NCBI GenBank assembly: GCA_041574955.1
Contig: JBFGNS010000004.1
Span: 6,707-70,706 of the forward strand
Direction: 5' to 3'
Source of the DNA: Thermoanaerobaculia bacterium
Lineage (GTDB): Bacteria > Acidobacteriota > Thermoanaerobaculia > Multivoradales > JAHEKO01
DNA length: 64,000 bases
Of this stretch, positions 33,632 to 42,019 are shown piece after piece. The first letter of the stretch is position 1. Each line of letters starts with the position of its first letter. A model generated the notes under the pieces. It searched no databases and was not told the DNA's origin. It worked only from the letters and a program-made list of their open reading frames with translations. The translations under genes were made by a program, and so were the position numbers.

Positions 33632-34681
33632 GTGAGGATCGCCTCCGTCGGCAAGGCGTTTCCTCGCCACTACTACGAGCAGGAGACGCTGCTGGCCGCC
33701 TTTCGCCGCCTGTGGGCGGATCGGTTCTTCAACCCCGAGAGGCTGGAGAGCCTCCACCGCAACGTACTGGTGGGTGGCCGCCACCTGGCCCTGCCGCTCG
33801 AGCGCTACGAGCAGCTGGCCGGCTGGGGCGAGGCCAACGACGCCTGGATCGAAGTGGCGCAGGAGGTCGGCGCGGCGGCGGTGAGCGATGCCCTGGAGCG
33901 CGCCGGGCTGGCGGTGGACCAGGTCGACGCCCTGCTGGCGGTGACCGTGACCGGCGTCGCCACGCCGTCGCTCGACGCGCTGCTGATCAACCGCCTCGGC
34001 CTGCCGTCGCGCACCCGACGCTACCCGATCTTCGGTCTCGGCTGTGTCGCCGGCGCCGCCGGCGTGGCGCGCGCCGCGGACTACGTCAAGGCGTACCCCG
34101 GACAGGTGGCGGTGCTGGTGTCGGTCGAGCTGTGCTCGCTGACCTTGCAGCGCGAGGACCTGTCGATCCCCAATCTGATCTCCTCGGGGCTGTTCGGCGA
34201 CGGCGCGGCCGCGGTCGTGGTGGTGGGTGACGAGCGCCGCGCCGCCGGGCCGCGGGTCGTAGCCAGCCGCTCGGTCTTCTACCCCGGAACCGAGGAGGTG
34301 ATGGGATGGCGCATCACCGAGCGCGGCTTCCAGGTGGTGCTGTCGGCCGAGGTGCCGGAGATGGTGCGGCGGCACCTGCGCGCCGATGTCGACCGCTTCC
34401 TGGCCGACCACGGCCTCGACCGGCGGCAGATCGCGAGCTGGGTCGCCCACCCCGGTGGGCCGCGGGTGCTGGAGGCGATGGCCGAGAGCCTGGAGCTGCC
34501 CGAAGAGGCGCTGGCGGTCACCTGGCGCAGCCTGCAGGAGGTGGGCAACCTGTCGTCCACCTCGGTGCTGCTGGTGCTCGACGAGACGCTGCGCGAGCAC
34601 CGGCCGCCGCCCGGCAGCCCGGGGATGATGCTGGCGATGGGGCCGGGCTTCTGCTCGGAGCTGGTGCTGCTCGAGTGGTAG
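33632..34681 (+). CDS. Type III polyketide synthase (chalcone/stilbene synthase family); start placed at GTG 33632
   Basis: 349 aa. Catalytic Cys (PIFGLGCVAGAAG), His (VAHPGGPRVL) and Asn (VGNLSSTSVL), with a GPGF C-terminal motif. Confidence 0.9.
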   Translation: MRIASVGKAFPRHYYEQETLLAAFRRLWADRFFNPERLESLHRNVLVGGRHLALPLERYEQLAGWGEANDAWIEVAQEVGAAAVSDALERAGLAVDQVDALLAVTVTGVATPSLDALLINRLGLPSRTRRYPIFGLGCVAGAAGVARAADYVKAYPGQVAVLVSVELCSLTLQREDLSIPNLISSGLFGDGAAAVVVVGDERRAAGPRVVASRSVFYPGTEEVMGWRITERGFQVVLSAEVPEMVRRHLRADVDRFLADHGLDRRQIASWVAHPGGPRVLEAMAESLELPEEALAVTWRSLQEVGNLSSTSVLLVLDETLREHRPPPGSPGMMLAMGPGFCSELVLLEW

Positions 34682-34715
34682 CGCCGCCGCCCCGCCCCGC
34701 CGCCCGGGAAGCGCC

Positions 34716-35237
34716 GTGGTGAGCCGCGTTCTCTACCTGGGGCTCGTCGGGCTGGTGGCGGTCCAGCGGCTGGCCGAGCTGCGGCTGGCCGGCCACAACA
34801 CCCGACGCCTGCTGGCAGCCGGTGCGGTAGAGCACGGTCGCGGCCACTACCCGGTGATGGTGGCGCTCCACACGCTCTTCCTCGTTGCCTGCCCGGCGGA
34901 GGTCTGGTTGCTCGAGCGACCGCTGGTGCCGCCCCTCGCCGGCGCCATGCTGCTCGCCCTGGCGGGCTCGACGGCGCTGCGCTACTGGGCGATCGCCAGC
35001 CTCGGCGAGCGCTGGACGACGCGAGTGCTGGTGCCGCCGGCGGCGCCGCGGTTGCGTCGCGGACCGTACCGCTACCTGCGTCACCCCAACTACCTGGCGG
35101 TGGTGGTCGAGATGGCCGCCCTGCCGCTGGTGCACACCGCCTGGCTCACCGCGCTCGTCTTCAGCCTCGCCAACGCGGCTCTGCTCGTGGTGCGCATCGG
35201 CTGCGAGGAGACCGCGCTGTCGCGGCCGGCCGGGTAG
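34716..35237 (+). CDS. Isoprenylcysteine carboxyl methyltransferase (ICMT)-family membrane methyltransferase
   Basis: 173 aa, multi-TM, with RGPYRYLRHPNYLAVVVEMAALPL. This is the same family as the methyltransferase partner of bacterial type III PKSs (B. subtilis BpsB/YpbQ type). Confidence 0.75.
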   Translation: MVSRVLYLGLVGLVAVQRLAELRLAGHNTRRLLAAGAVEHGRGHYPVMVALHTLFLVACPAEVWLLERPLVPPLAGAMLLALAGSTALRYWAIASLGERWTTRVLVPPAAPRLRRGPYRYLRHPNYLAVVVEMAALPLVHTAWLTALVFSLANAALLVVRIGCEETALSRPAG

Positions 35238-35250
35238 ACTGCGCCGGGGC

Positions 35251-35490
35251 ATGACCAGAGAGGAGATTCTCGCCGGCGTCGCTGAGCTCGCCCGCCGGGA
35301 GCTGGGCTGGAGCGGTCCGCTCGAGCCCGAGATGCGGCTGCTCGAGGAGCTGTCGCTCGACTCGCTGCGCCGGCTGACCCTGGCGGTGGCGGTGGAGAAC
35401 CGGTTCCGCATCCGGCTGTCGCCTGAAGACGAGGCCGCGCTCGAGACGGTGGCGGATCTGGTGGCGGTGATCGACCGGCGACGGCGGTGA
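35251..35490 (+). CDS. Acyl carrier protein
   Basis: 79 aa. MTREEILAGVAELARRELG...LEELSLDSLRRLTLAVAVE with the phosphopantetheine Ser in the LDSL motif. Found inside a longer spurious track ORF. Confidence 0.8.
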   Translation: MTREEILAGVAELARRELGWSGPLEPEMRLLEELSLDSLRRLTLAVAVENRFRIRLSPEDEAALETVADLVAVIDRRRR

Positions 35491-36866
35491 GCGGGGCGGC
35501 GTCAGGTCGGGGCTGGACGGTGCGGCTCGGGTCGCTGGTGGAGCCCGCCCCGCGGTCGCTCGACGAGCCCTCCTTCGTCCGCACGGTGGTGTGGGTGAGC
35601 CTGTGGACGGCGCTGGTGGGAGGGGCCCTGCTGGCCGGCAACGGCCTGGCGGAGGGCCGGCGGAACATCGCCGTCACCGCCGGCGCGTTCACCGCGATCG
35701 CGGCCGGCCTGCTGTGGCTCGGCCGCATCGGCCGGCTGCGGCTGGCCGGCGGCCTGCTCCCGTTGGTCTCGCTCGTCCTGCTGACGCTGGCGCTCGACCG
35801 CAACCTGGGCATTCACGACAGCGGCGTCCTGTGCTTGCCGGTGATCGTCATCTTCGCCGGCCTGACGCTCGGACGCCTCGGCGCGGTGGCGTTCGCGGCG
35901 CTGGCCAGCGGCGCCGCCTTCTGGCTGGTGCGGCCGGAGGGCCGGCGGCCGACGCCGGCGATGCTGGCGGCCGAGACCGGCGTCGGCGATGCGGTGGCGG
36001 TGACGATCCTGCTGGCCGTGACCACCGCCCTGCTGTGGGTGATCATCGCCGGCCTGCGCGGCAGCCTGCGACGGGCGCAGGCGAGCGCCCGAGCGCTAGC
36101 CGCGGACATCGAGGAGCGCCGCCGCGTCGAGGGTCAGCGCGAGGCGCTGATTGCCGAGCTCGAGTCCAAGAACGCCGAGCTCGAGCGGTTCAACTACACC
36201 GTGTCGCACGACCTGCGCAGCCCGCTGGTAACCATCTCGGCGTTCATCGACCTGGCGGAGCAGGACGCCCGACAGGGCAGCGAGGAGCGGCTGCACTCCG
36301 ACCTGTCGGTGGTGCGGCGCGCCGCGGCCACGATGCGGTTGCTGCTCGAGGACCTGCTCGAGCTGTCGCGCCTCGGCCGAACCCAGCTCAGGCTGCGCGA
36401 GGTGGAGGTGCGCCAGGTGGTCGAGGAGGCGTTGTCGGTGCTGGCCGGCCCGATCGCCGAGGGCCGGGTGGAGGTGACGATCCAGCAGGGGCTGCCCACC
36501 GTGCTGGCCGACCGGGCACGGCTGCTGCTGCTGCTGCAGAACCTGCTCGAGAACGCGATCAAGTTCCGTGACGCGCGGCAGCCGGAGGTCGAGGTCGGCT
36601 GCCAGCGGCGCTCCGGGCGGGAGGTACTGTACGTGCAGGACAACGGAGTCGGCATCGCGCCCGCCCTGCACGAGAAGGTGTTCGAGGTGTTCTCGCGGCT
36701 GGACTCCAGGATCGAGGGCACCGGGCTCGGGCTGGCGCTGGCGCGGCGGGTGGTGGAGCTTCACGGCGGCGAGATCTGGGTCGAGTCGGAGGGCGCCGGG
36801 CGCGGCGCCAGGTTCTGCTTCACGCTGGCGGCGGCCGCCCCGGAGCCGGTGGGGGCAGGGCGGTGA
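35487..36866 (+). CDS. Membrane sensor histidine kinase (no adjacent response regulator)
   Basis: 459 aa. About six N-terminal TM helices, a coiled coil, the HisKA H-box FNYTVSHDLRSPL, and HATPase N/G boxes (LLENAIKF, DNGVGI, GTGLGLA). Its GTG overlaps the ACP stop (GTGA). Confidence 0.85.
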   Translation: MSGAASGRGWTVRLGSLVEPAPRSLDEPSFVRTVVWVSLWTALVGGALLAGNGLAEGRRNIAVTAGAFTAIAAGLLWLGRIGRLRLAGGLLPLVSLVLLTLALDRNLGIHDSGVLCLPVIVIFAGLTLGRLGAVAFAALASGAAFWLVRPEGRRPTPAMLAAETGVGDAVAVTILLAVTTALLWVIIAGLRGSLRRAQASARALAADIEERRRVEGQREALIAELESKNAELERFNYTVSHDLRSPLVTISAFIDLAEQDARQGSEERLHSDLSVVRRAAATMRLLLEDLLELSRLGRTQLRLREVEVRQVVEEALSVLAGPIAEGRVEVTIQQGLPTVLADRARLLLLLQNLLENAIKFRDARQPEVEVGCQRRSGREVLYVQDNGVGIAPALHEKVFEVFSRLDSRIEGTGLGLALARRVVELHGGEIWVESEGAGRGARFCFTLAAAAPEPVGAGR

Positions 36867-38605
36867 CCGCCCGCACCCTCGGCGAGCTGCTTCTCGCCGC
36901 GGACGGCGTCACCGACAGCGGCTTGCGGCTGCTCGACGGCCGCGGACGGGCGACCCGGGTGAGCTGGGCGGAGCTCGTCCGGAGCGCGGGCCGGACGGCC
37001 GGGCGGCTGGCAGCGGCAGGGGTGGAGCCGGGCGACCGGGTGGCGCTGGTCTACCCCACCGGGCGCGGCTTCTTCGACGCCTTCTTCGGCTGCGTGATGG
37101 CCGGTGCCGTGCCGGTCCCGCTGTACCCGCCGGTGCGTCTCGGCAGGCTCGACGAGTACCACCGCCGTACCGCCGGCATGCTCGACGCGGTGGCCGTCCG
37201 GATGGTGCTGGCCGACCGGCGGATCCGCCGGCTGCTGGGCGAGACCGTTGCCCCGGCCGCTCCGCCGCTCGGCTGCCGGCAGCTGGCGGAGCTGCCCCGC
37301 GCCGAGCCGCTGGCGGTGGCGAGCGAGCCCGAGGCGCTGGCGCTGGTGCAGTTCTCCTCCGGCACCACTCTAGCGCCCAAGCCGGTGATGCTCAGCCATC
37401 GGGCGCTGCTCGCCCAGACCCGCCTGCTGAACGGCTTCTGGCCCGACCAGGGCGAGCTGCGCCACAGCGGAGTGTCGTGGCTGCCGCTCTACCACGACAT
37501 GGGGCTGATCGGCTGTGTGCTGCCGGCGCTCGAGCGCCGCACAGACCTGACGCTGATCGGCCCCGAGCGGTTTGTCGCCGAGCCGGCGGTGTGGCTGCGG
37601 GCCATCTCCCGCTACCGGGCGACGGTGTCGCCGGCGCCCAACTTCGCCTACGGGCTGTGCGTCGAGAAGATCCGCGACGAGCAGCTCGCAGGCGTCGACC
37701 TGAGCAGCTGGCGGGTCGCGCTCAACGGCGCCGAGGCGGTGTCGCCCGAGGTGCTGCGCCAGTTCGCCGAGCGGTTCGCGCCATGGGGTTTCCGGCGCCA
37801 GGCGTTGACTCCCGTCTACGGGCTGTCCGAAGCCGCCCTGGCGGTGACCTTCTCGGCGCTCGACGGGCCGTTCGTCGGCCGCCGGTTCGACCGCCAGGCG
37901 CTGTACGGCCGCGGCGAGGCGGTGGCCCGCGACGACGGCGTCGAGCTGGTCTCGGTCGGCCGGCCGCTGCCGGGCTTCGAGCTCTCGCTGCGAGCGCCTG
38001 ACGGCCAGCCGGTTGCCGACGGCCGCACCGGCCGGCTCTGGGTGCGCGGTCCGTCGCTGATGGCGGGCTACTTCGGCCGGCCCGACGACACCGCCGAGGT
38101 GCTCGTCGACGGCTGGCTGGACACCGGTGACCAGGGCTTTGTCGACGGCGGCGAGCTGTTTCTCACCGGCCGCGTCAAAGACCTGATCATCGTACGTGGG
38201 CGAAACCACGCGCCGGAGGAGATCGAGTACGCGGTCTACGGCCTGCCGGGGGTGCGCACCGGCTGCACGGCGGCGGTGGCCTACCTGCCAGAGGGCGGCG
38301 AGCGCGAGGAGCTGCTGCTGCTGGTCGAGCTGCGGCCGGCGGCAGACGGTGACCTGCGGCGCGAGCTGCCCGAGCTGTGCCGCCAGCGGGTGCTGGCCGC
38401 CGCCGGACTGGCGCTCGACCGCGTGGTGCTGCTCGAGCCCGGCACCCTGCCGCGCACCTCGTCGGGCAAGATCCGCCGCCAGGACGCGCTGCGCCGCTAC
38501 CGCGACGGCCGGCTGGCGCCGCCCGCGGCGGTCAACGTGGTGACCCTGGCGCGCGCCATGGTGCGTTCGCGGCGCGCCTTCGGCCGCACGAGGAGCAACG
38601 ACTGA
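36863..38605 (+). CDS. Fatty acyl-AMP ligase / AMP-dependent synthetase
   Basis: 580 aa. Adenylation motifs LVQFSSGTTLAPKPVMLSH, YGLSEA, DTGDQG and a late GKIRR-type motif (SSGKIRR). The start overlaps the kinase stop (GTGA). Confidence 0.8.
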   Translation: MTARTLGELLLAADGVTDSGLRLLDGRGRATRVSWAELVRSAGRTAGRLAAAGVEPGDRVALVYPTGRGFFDAFFGCVMAGAVPVPLYPPVRLGRLDEYHRRTAGMLDAVAVRMVLADRRIRRLLGETVAPAAPPLGCRQLAELPRAEPLAVASEPEALALVQFSSGTTLAPKPVMLSHRALLAQTRLLNGFWPDQGELRHSGVSWLPLYHDMGLIGCVLPALERRTDLTLIGPERFVAEPAVWLRAISRYRATVSPAPNFAYGLCVEKIRDEQLAGVDLSSWRVALNGAEAVSPEVLRQFAERFAPWGFRRQALTPVYGLSEAALAVTFSALDGPFVGRRFDRQALYGRGEAVARDDGVELVSVGRPLPGFELSLRAPDGQPVADGRTGRLWVRGPSLMAGYFGRPDDTAEVLVDGWLDTGDQGFVDGGELFLTGRVKDLIIVRGRNHAPEEIEYAVYGLPGVRTGCTAAVAYLPEGGEREELLLLVELRPAADGDLRRELPELCRQRVLAAAGLALDRVVLLEPGTLPRTSSGKIRRQDALRRYRDGRLAPPAAVNVVTLARAMVRSRRAFGRTRSND

Positions 38606-38606
38606 G

Positions 38607-39713
38607 ATGGCCCGGCCGGACCTGCTGGTGGTCGGTGGCGGCCCGGCCGGGCTGGCGACGGCGATCGCGGCCCGCTGCGCCGGGCTGAGCGCGACCGTGG
38701 TCGACCGCTCGCGGCCGCCGATCGACAAGGCGTGCGGCGAGGGAATCATGCCGGCCGGCGTCGGGCGGCTGGCCGAGCTCGGCGTGGAGCTCGACCCCGT
38801 CGCATGCCGGCCGTTCCGCGGCATCCGCTACCGCGATGGAGAGCTGTCGGCCGCCGCCGACTTTCCGGGCCGGCCGGGGCTGGGAGTCCGCCGCACCACC
38901 CTCCACCAGGCGCTGGCCAAGCGGGCGGCGGCGGCGGGTGTCGAGCTGGTGTGGGGGCGGGTTGTGCGGGCGCTCGAGGGCGGCACGGCCGTCACCGACG
39001 ACGGGCCGCTCGGGGGCCGCTGGATCGTCGGCGCCGACGGGCTGACCTCGCGAGTGCGGCGGTGGGCGGGGCTCGAGCGGCCGCTGCCGCGGCGGTTCCG
39101 CTTCGGCGTCAGGCGGCACTACCAGGTCGCGCCGTGGAGCCACCGGGTGGAGGTCTGGTGGGCGGACGGCTGCGAGGCGTACGTCACGCCGGTGTCGGCC
39201 GGTGAGGTCGGCGTGGCCCTGCTGTGGAGCGGCGGCAAGGCCGACTTCGACCGCCTGCTGGGCCGTTTCCCGGGCCTCGCCGAGCGGCTGGCGGGGGCGG
39301 CCAGCAGCTCGCGCGACCAGGGCGCCGGCCCGCTCCACCGCGAGCCGCGGGCGGTGTGGCGCGGCCGGGTGCTGCTGGCCGGCGACGCCGCCGGCTACTA
39401 CGACGCCATCACCGGCGAGGGGCTGGACCTCGCCTTCCACCAGGCGTTCGCCCTGGTCGACGCCGTGCGCCATGACGACCCGCGCCGCTACGCGCTCTTC
39501 TGCCGGCGAATGTACCGGCTGCCGTTCGCGCTCATCCGGCTGCTGCTCGTCGCCGAGCACCGGCCGTGGCTGCGCCGCCGGCTGATCCGCACGCTGGCCG
39601 AGGACCCGCGCCTGTTCGCCCGGCTGCTGGCCATCCACGCCCGTGAGCGGCCGCCGCGCAGCCTCGGACTGGCCGGCGTCTGGCGGCTGGCGCGCGGCCT
39701 GGCGCGGGCCTAG
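38607..39713 (+). CDS. FAD-dependent monooxygenase/oxidoreductase (geranylgeranyl reductase/aromatic hydroxylase family)
   Basis: 368 aa. DLLVVGGGPAGLATAIAAR (FAD fold), DKACGEG and LLAGDAAGYYDAITGEG. Starts 1 nt after the ligase stop. Confidence 0.8.
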   Translation: MARPDLLVVGGGPAGLATAIAARCAGLSATVVDRSRPPIDKACGEGIMPAGVGRLAELGVELDPVACRPFRGIRYRDGELSAAADFPGRPGLGVRRTTLHQALAKRAAAAGVELVWGRVVRALEGGTAVTDDGPLGGRWIVGADGLTSRVRRWAGLERPLPRRFRFGVRRHYQVAPWSHRVEVWWADGCEAYVTPVSAGEVGVALLWSGGKADFDRLLGRFPGLAERLAGAASSSRDQGAGPLHREPRAVWRGRVLLAGDAAGYYDAITGEGLDLAFHQAFALVDAVRHDDPRRYALFCRRMYRLPFALIRLLLVAEHRPWLRRRLIRTLAEDPRLFARLLAIHARERPPRSLGLAGVWRLARGLARA

Positions 39714-39847
39714 CCCGAGCTTCTGACCGAGCCGCCGCTGCGCGTCCGGATGCAGCTGGACCTTCACGACGTCTCTTGTTCGGTCTTCAGGCACCCGCGG
39801 CCGCTCGCCCAGCGGCTCGATGAGAAGGTCAGGCTAGCCGGCGGCCG

Positions 39848-40876
39848 TCAGGGGGTCGCCGAGCCGCCGCGGGCCCGCCCGCTGCGCACGCGGTAGGAGA
39901 CGAGCAGGCGCGCGTTCACCAGCGGCTCGTCACCGGCACCGGTAGCGGGCGGCCGCGCGACGTCGAGCGGGCTGTAGAACAGCTCTCCCACCAGCCGCAG
40001 CCGGGGAGACGGCGCGAACGCCAGACCGGCGGTCAGCGAGCCGGTGACGCCGTCGGTGACGAGCAGCGAGCGGTCCACCACCCCGGCGTAGCGCGCCCGC
40101 ACCTGGAACTCGAGATCCAGGTGGCTGACGGTGATCGCAACGTACGGTTCCGGGCGGCGGCCGGCACGCGGACGTCGGGCGGCGGCGAGCTCGACGCCGA
40201 CCGCCCGGACGGTCTGCTCGTCGGCGGACGGCTCGCGGCACAGGAACGGGTTGCGGGAGCGGTCGTCGCCGGCCGCGACGCTCTGCCGGTCGCAGGTGAG
40301 GTCACCACGGATCCGGCCCAGCTGGCCGAAGGCGCGCCACCCCAGCCGCCAGCGGCTGCCGGCGACCAGCGGACGGGCCACCGCGACGTCGGCGAGCGAG
40401 GCCTCGACCCCGTGGCGCTCCACCGGCGGCACCAGACCGACGCTCAGCGACAGCGAGCGCGGCAGGCCGACCACCAGCCGCGGGCGGAGCAGCAGCGAGC
40501 CGCGGTTGAGGGCTTCCGTCTTGGTGCCGTTGAAGCCGACGGTGCGCTCGGTCTCGCTGAGCGTCGGAATCCAACCGCCCTCGAGGGCGATCTCGACGGT
40601 CCCCGGGGCCAGATCGCGCGGCGGGCCGAAGCCGGTCGGCAGGCCGACCGACGCGAAATACTTCATCGCCCACGACTCGGGCCGGTCGAACGCCAGCGAG
40701 TCACGGACCTCGACCAGGACCTGCGCGGTGGCGGGTGCGGCGGCCAGGCAGACCGCGGCCAGCCGCGCAGCCAGCCGGGCAGCCAGCCGGGCAGGTGGAC
40801 GCGCGGCCGGCCGCCAGCGCCGCCGGCCCTCGGCCTCAGTAGCCCGGGCTCGGCGGCGGGGCGCTGTCGCCGACAC
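39848..40876 (-). CDS. Hypothetical secreted/outer-membrane-like protein (start uncertain)
   Basis: 342-aa ORF. Signal-like LAARLAAVCLAAAPATAQV, then a pattern rich in alternating residues and Gly/Arg ending in ...LLVSYRVR (beta-barrel-like). The longest ORF overlaps the upstream gene by 41 nt. Confidence 0.45.
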   Translation of the reverse strand: MSATAPRRRARATEAEGRRRWRPAARPPARLAARLAARLAAVCLAAAPATAQVLVEVRDSLAFDRPESWAMKYFASVGLPTGFGPPRDLAPGTVEIALEGGWIPTLSETERTVGFNGTKTEALNRGSLLLRPRLVVGLPRSLSLSVGLVPPVERHGVEASLADVAVARPLVAGSRWRLGWRAFGQLGRIRGDLTCDRQSVAAGDDRSRNPFLCREPSADEQTVRAVGVELAAARRPRAGRRPEPYVAITVSHLDLEFQVRARYAGVVDRSLLVTDGVTGSLTAGLAFAPSPRLRLVGELFYSPLDVARPPATGAGDEPLVNARLLVSYRVRSGRARGGSATP

Positions 40877-41249
40877 GGATCGAGCCCTTCATGCCGTGGG
40901 TGTCGGTGTGGGTCAGGCAGTCGTACTCGAACGTCTTGCCGCGGTCGGCCTCGGTGAAGGTGCGCTCGAACAACGCGCCCTGCTGGGTGAAGACGAAGCC
41001 GCTGTCGAAGGTGCCGTCCTTGGCGGTCACCGTATGGGTGAGGTCGCCGCCCCGCAGCACCCACCGGACGGTGGTGCCGGGCTGGATGGTGAGCGACATC
41101 GGGGTGTAGCGGAAGTCCTGAAGCTCGACCGTCGAGCCGGCGGGTGCAGGCGGCGCGGTGGGGCCGCCGTTGCCGCCGCCGCCACCGCTGCAGGTGCCGA
41201 CGGCCAGAGTCAGCAGCAAGGTCGCGACCAGCACGCAGGTTCGTTTCAT
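40836..41249 (-). CDS. Cupredoxin (plastocyanin/azurin-like) copper-binding protein, probable lipoprotein
   Basis: 137 aa. Signal peptide ending LAVGTC, a Gly-rich linker, and type-1 copper ligand spacing H...C..H....M (THTVTA...YDCLTHTDTHGMKGSIRV). Confidence 0.75.
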   Translation of the reverse strand: MKRTCVLVATLLLTLAVGTCSGGGGGNGGPTAPPAPAGSTVELQDFRYTPMSLTIQPGTTVRWVLRGGDLTHTVTAKDGTFDSGFVFTQQGALFERTFTEADRGKTFEYDCLTHTDTHGMKGSIRVGDSAPPPSPGY

Positions 41250-41333
41250 CTCACACCTCCTGGATTGGCGATCGGGCAGAGCGGGCGGGACGCCGCGCCC
41301 GTACCTTCTGTTTGTGAGTCCCGGCGGCAGGCC

Positions 41334-41367
41334 GAAAGGTTCACCGGCGAGCGGTTGAACCTTTCGC
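41334..41367. promoter_or_regulatory. 14-bp inverted repeat in the cupredoxin / ECF-sigma divergent region
   Basis: cgaaaggttcaccg (41334-41347) and cggttgaacctttcg (41353-41367) are near-perfect reverse complements, with one extra t. The right arm contains TGAACC, an ECF -35-like element, about 60 nt upstream of the sigma gene. Confidence 0.35.
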
Positions 41368-41422
41368 TCGCGGTGACGGACTCACCGGATAGACCCGCCA
41401 CCGGCGGGGCCGGAGACCCCAG

Positions 41423-42019
41423 GTGCGTCCAGAAGCCAGCGCCCGCGCCGCAGACGACGCGGCCGACCGCCACCTGCTCGAGCGGGTGGCGCGCCGCGAC
41501 CGTGCCGCCTTCGAGCGGCTGTACGAGCGCTATGCCGACCGCGTGGCGCGCTACCTGTTGCGCCTGGTGGGCCGCCGGGAGGTGGTGGAGGAGGCGCTCA
41601 ACGACGTGATGCTGGCGGTCTGGCGTGGCGCCGGGAGCTTCGCCGGGCACTCCCGGGTCTCCACCTGGATCCTGGGGATCGCCTACCGCAAGGGGGTCGA
41701 CGCGCTGCGCCGGCTGGTTAGGCAGCCGATCGCGGTGCCGGCGGAGAGCGCCGAGAACGGCGAGCCGCCGGGCGACGAGCTGACCGCGGAGCAGCTCCGG
41801 ATGTCGCTCGAGCGGGCGCTCGAGACGCTCTCGGCCGAGCAGCGGGCGGTGGTCGAGCTGACCTACTACTTCGGCTACTCGTACCGCGAGATCGCCGCCA
41901 TCACCGGCTGCCCGGTCAACACGGTCAAGACCCGCATGTTCTACGCCCGCAAGCGGCTGCAGGCGGCGTGGTCCGGCCGCGACAGCGCTGGGAGCGCCGC
42001 CGGGGAGGAACGCAGCTAG
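41423..42019 (+). CDS. ECF-type RNA polymerase sigma-70 family factor
   Basis: 198 aa. Region 2 (FERLYERYADRVARYLLRLVGRREVVEEALNDVMLAVW) and region 4 (LSAEQRAVVELTYYFGYSYREIAAITGCPVNTVKTRMFYARKRL). Confidence 0.85.
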   Translation: MRPEASARAADDAADRHLLERVARRDRAAFERLYERYADRVARYLLRLVGRREVVEEALNDVMLAVWRGAGSFAGHSRVSTWILGIAYRKGVDALRRLVRQPIAVPAESAENGEPPGDELTAEQLRMSLERALETLSAEQRAVVELTYYFGYSYREIAAITGCPVNTVKTRMFYARKRLQAAWSGRDSAGSAAGEERS

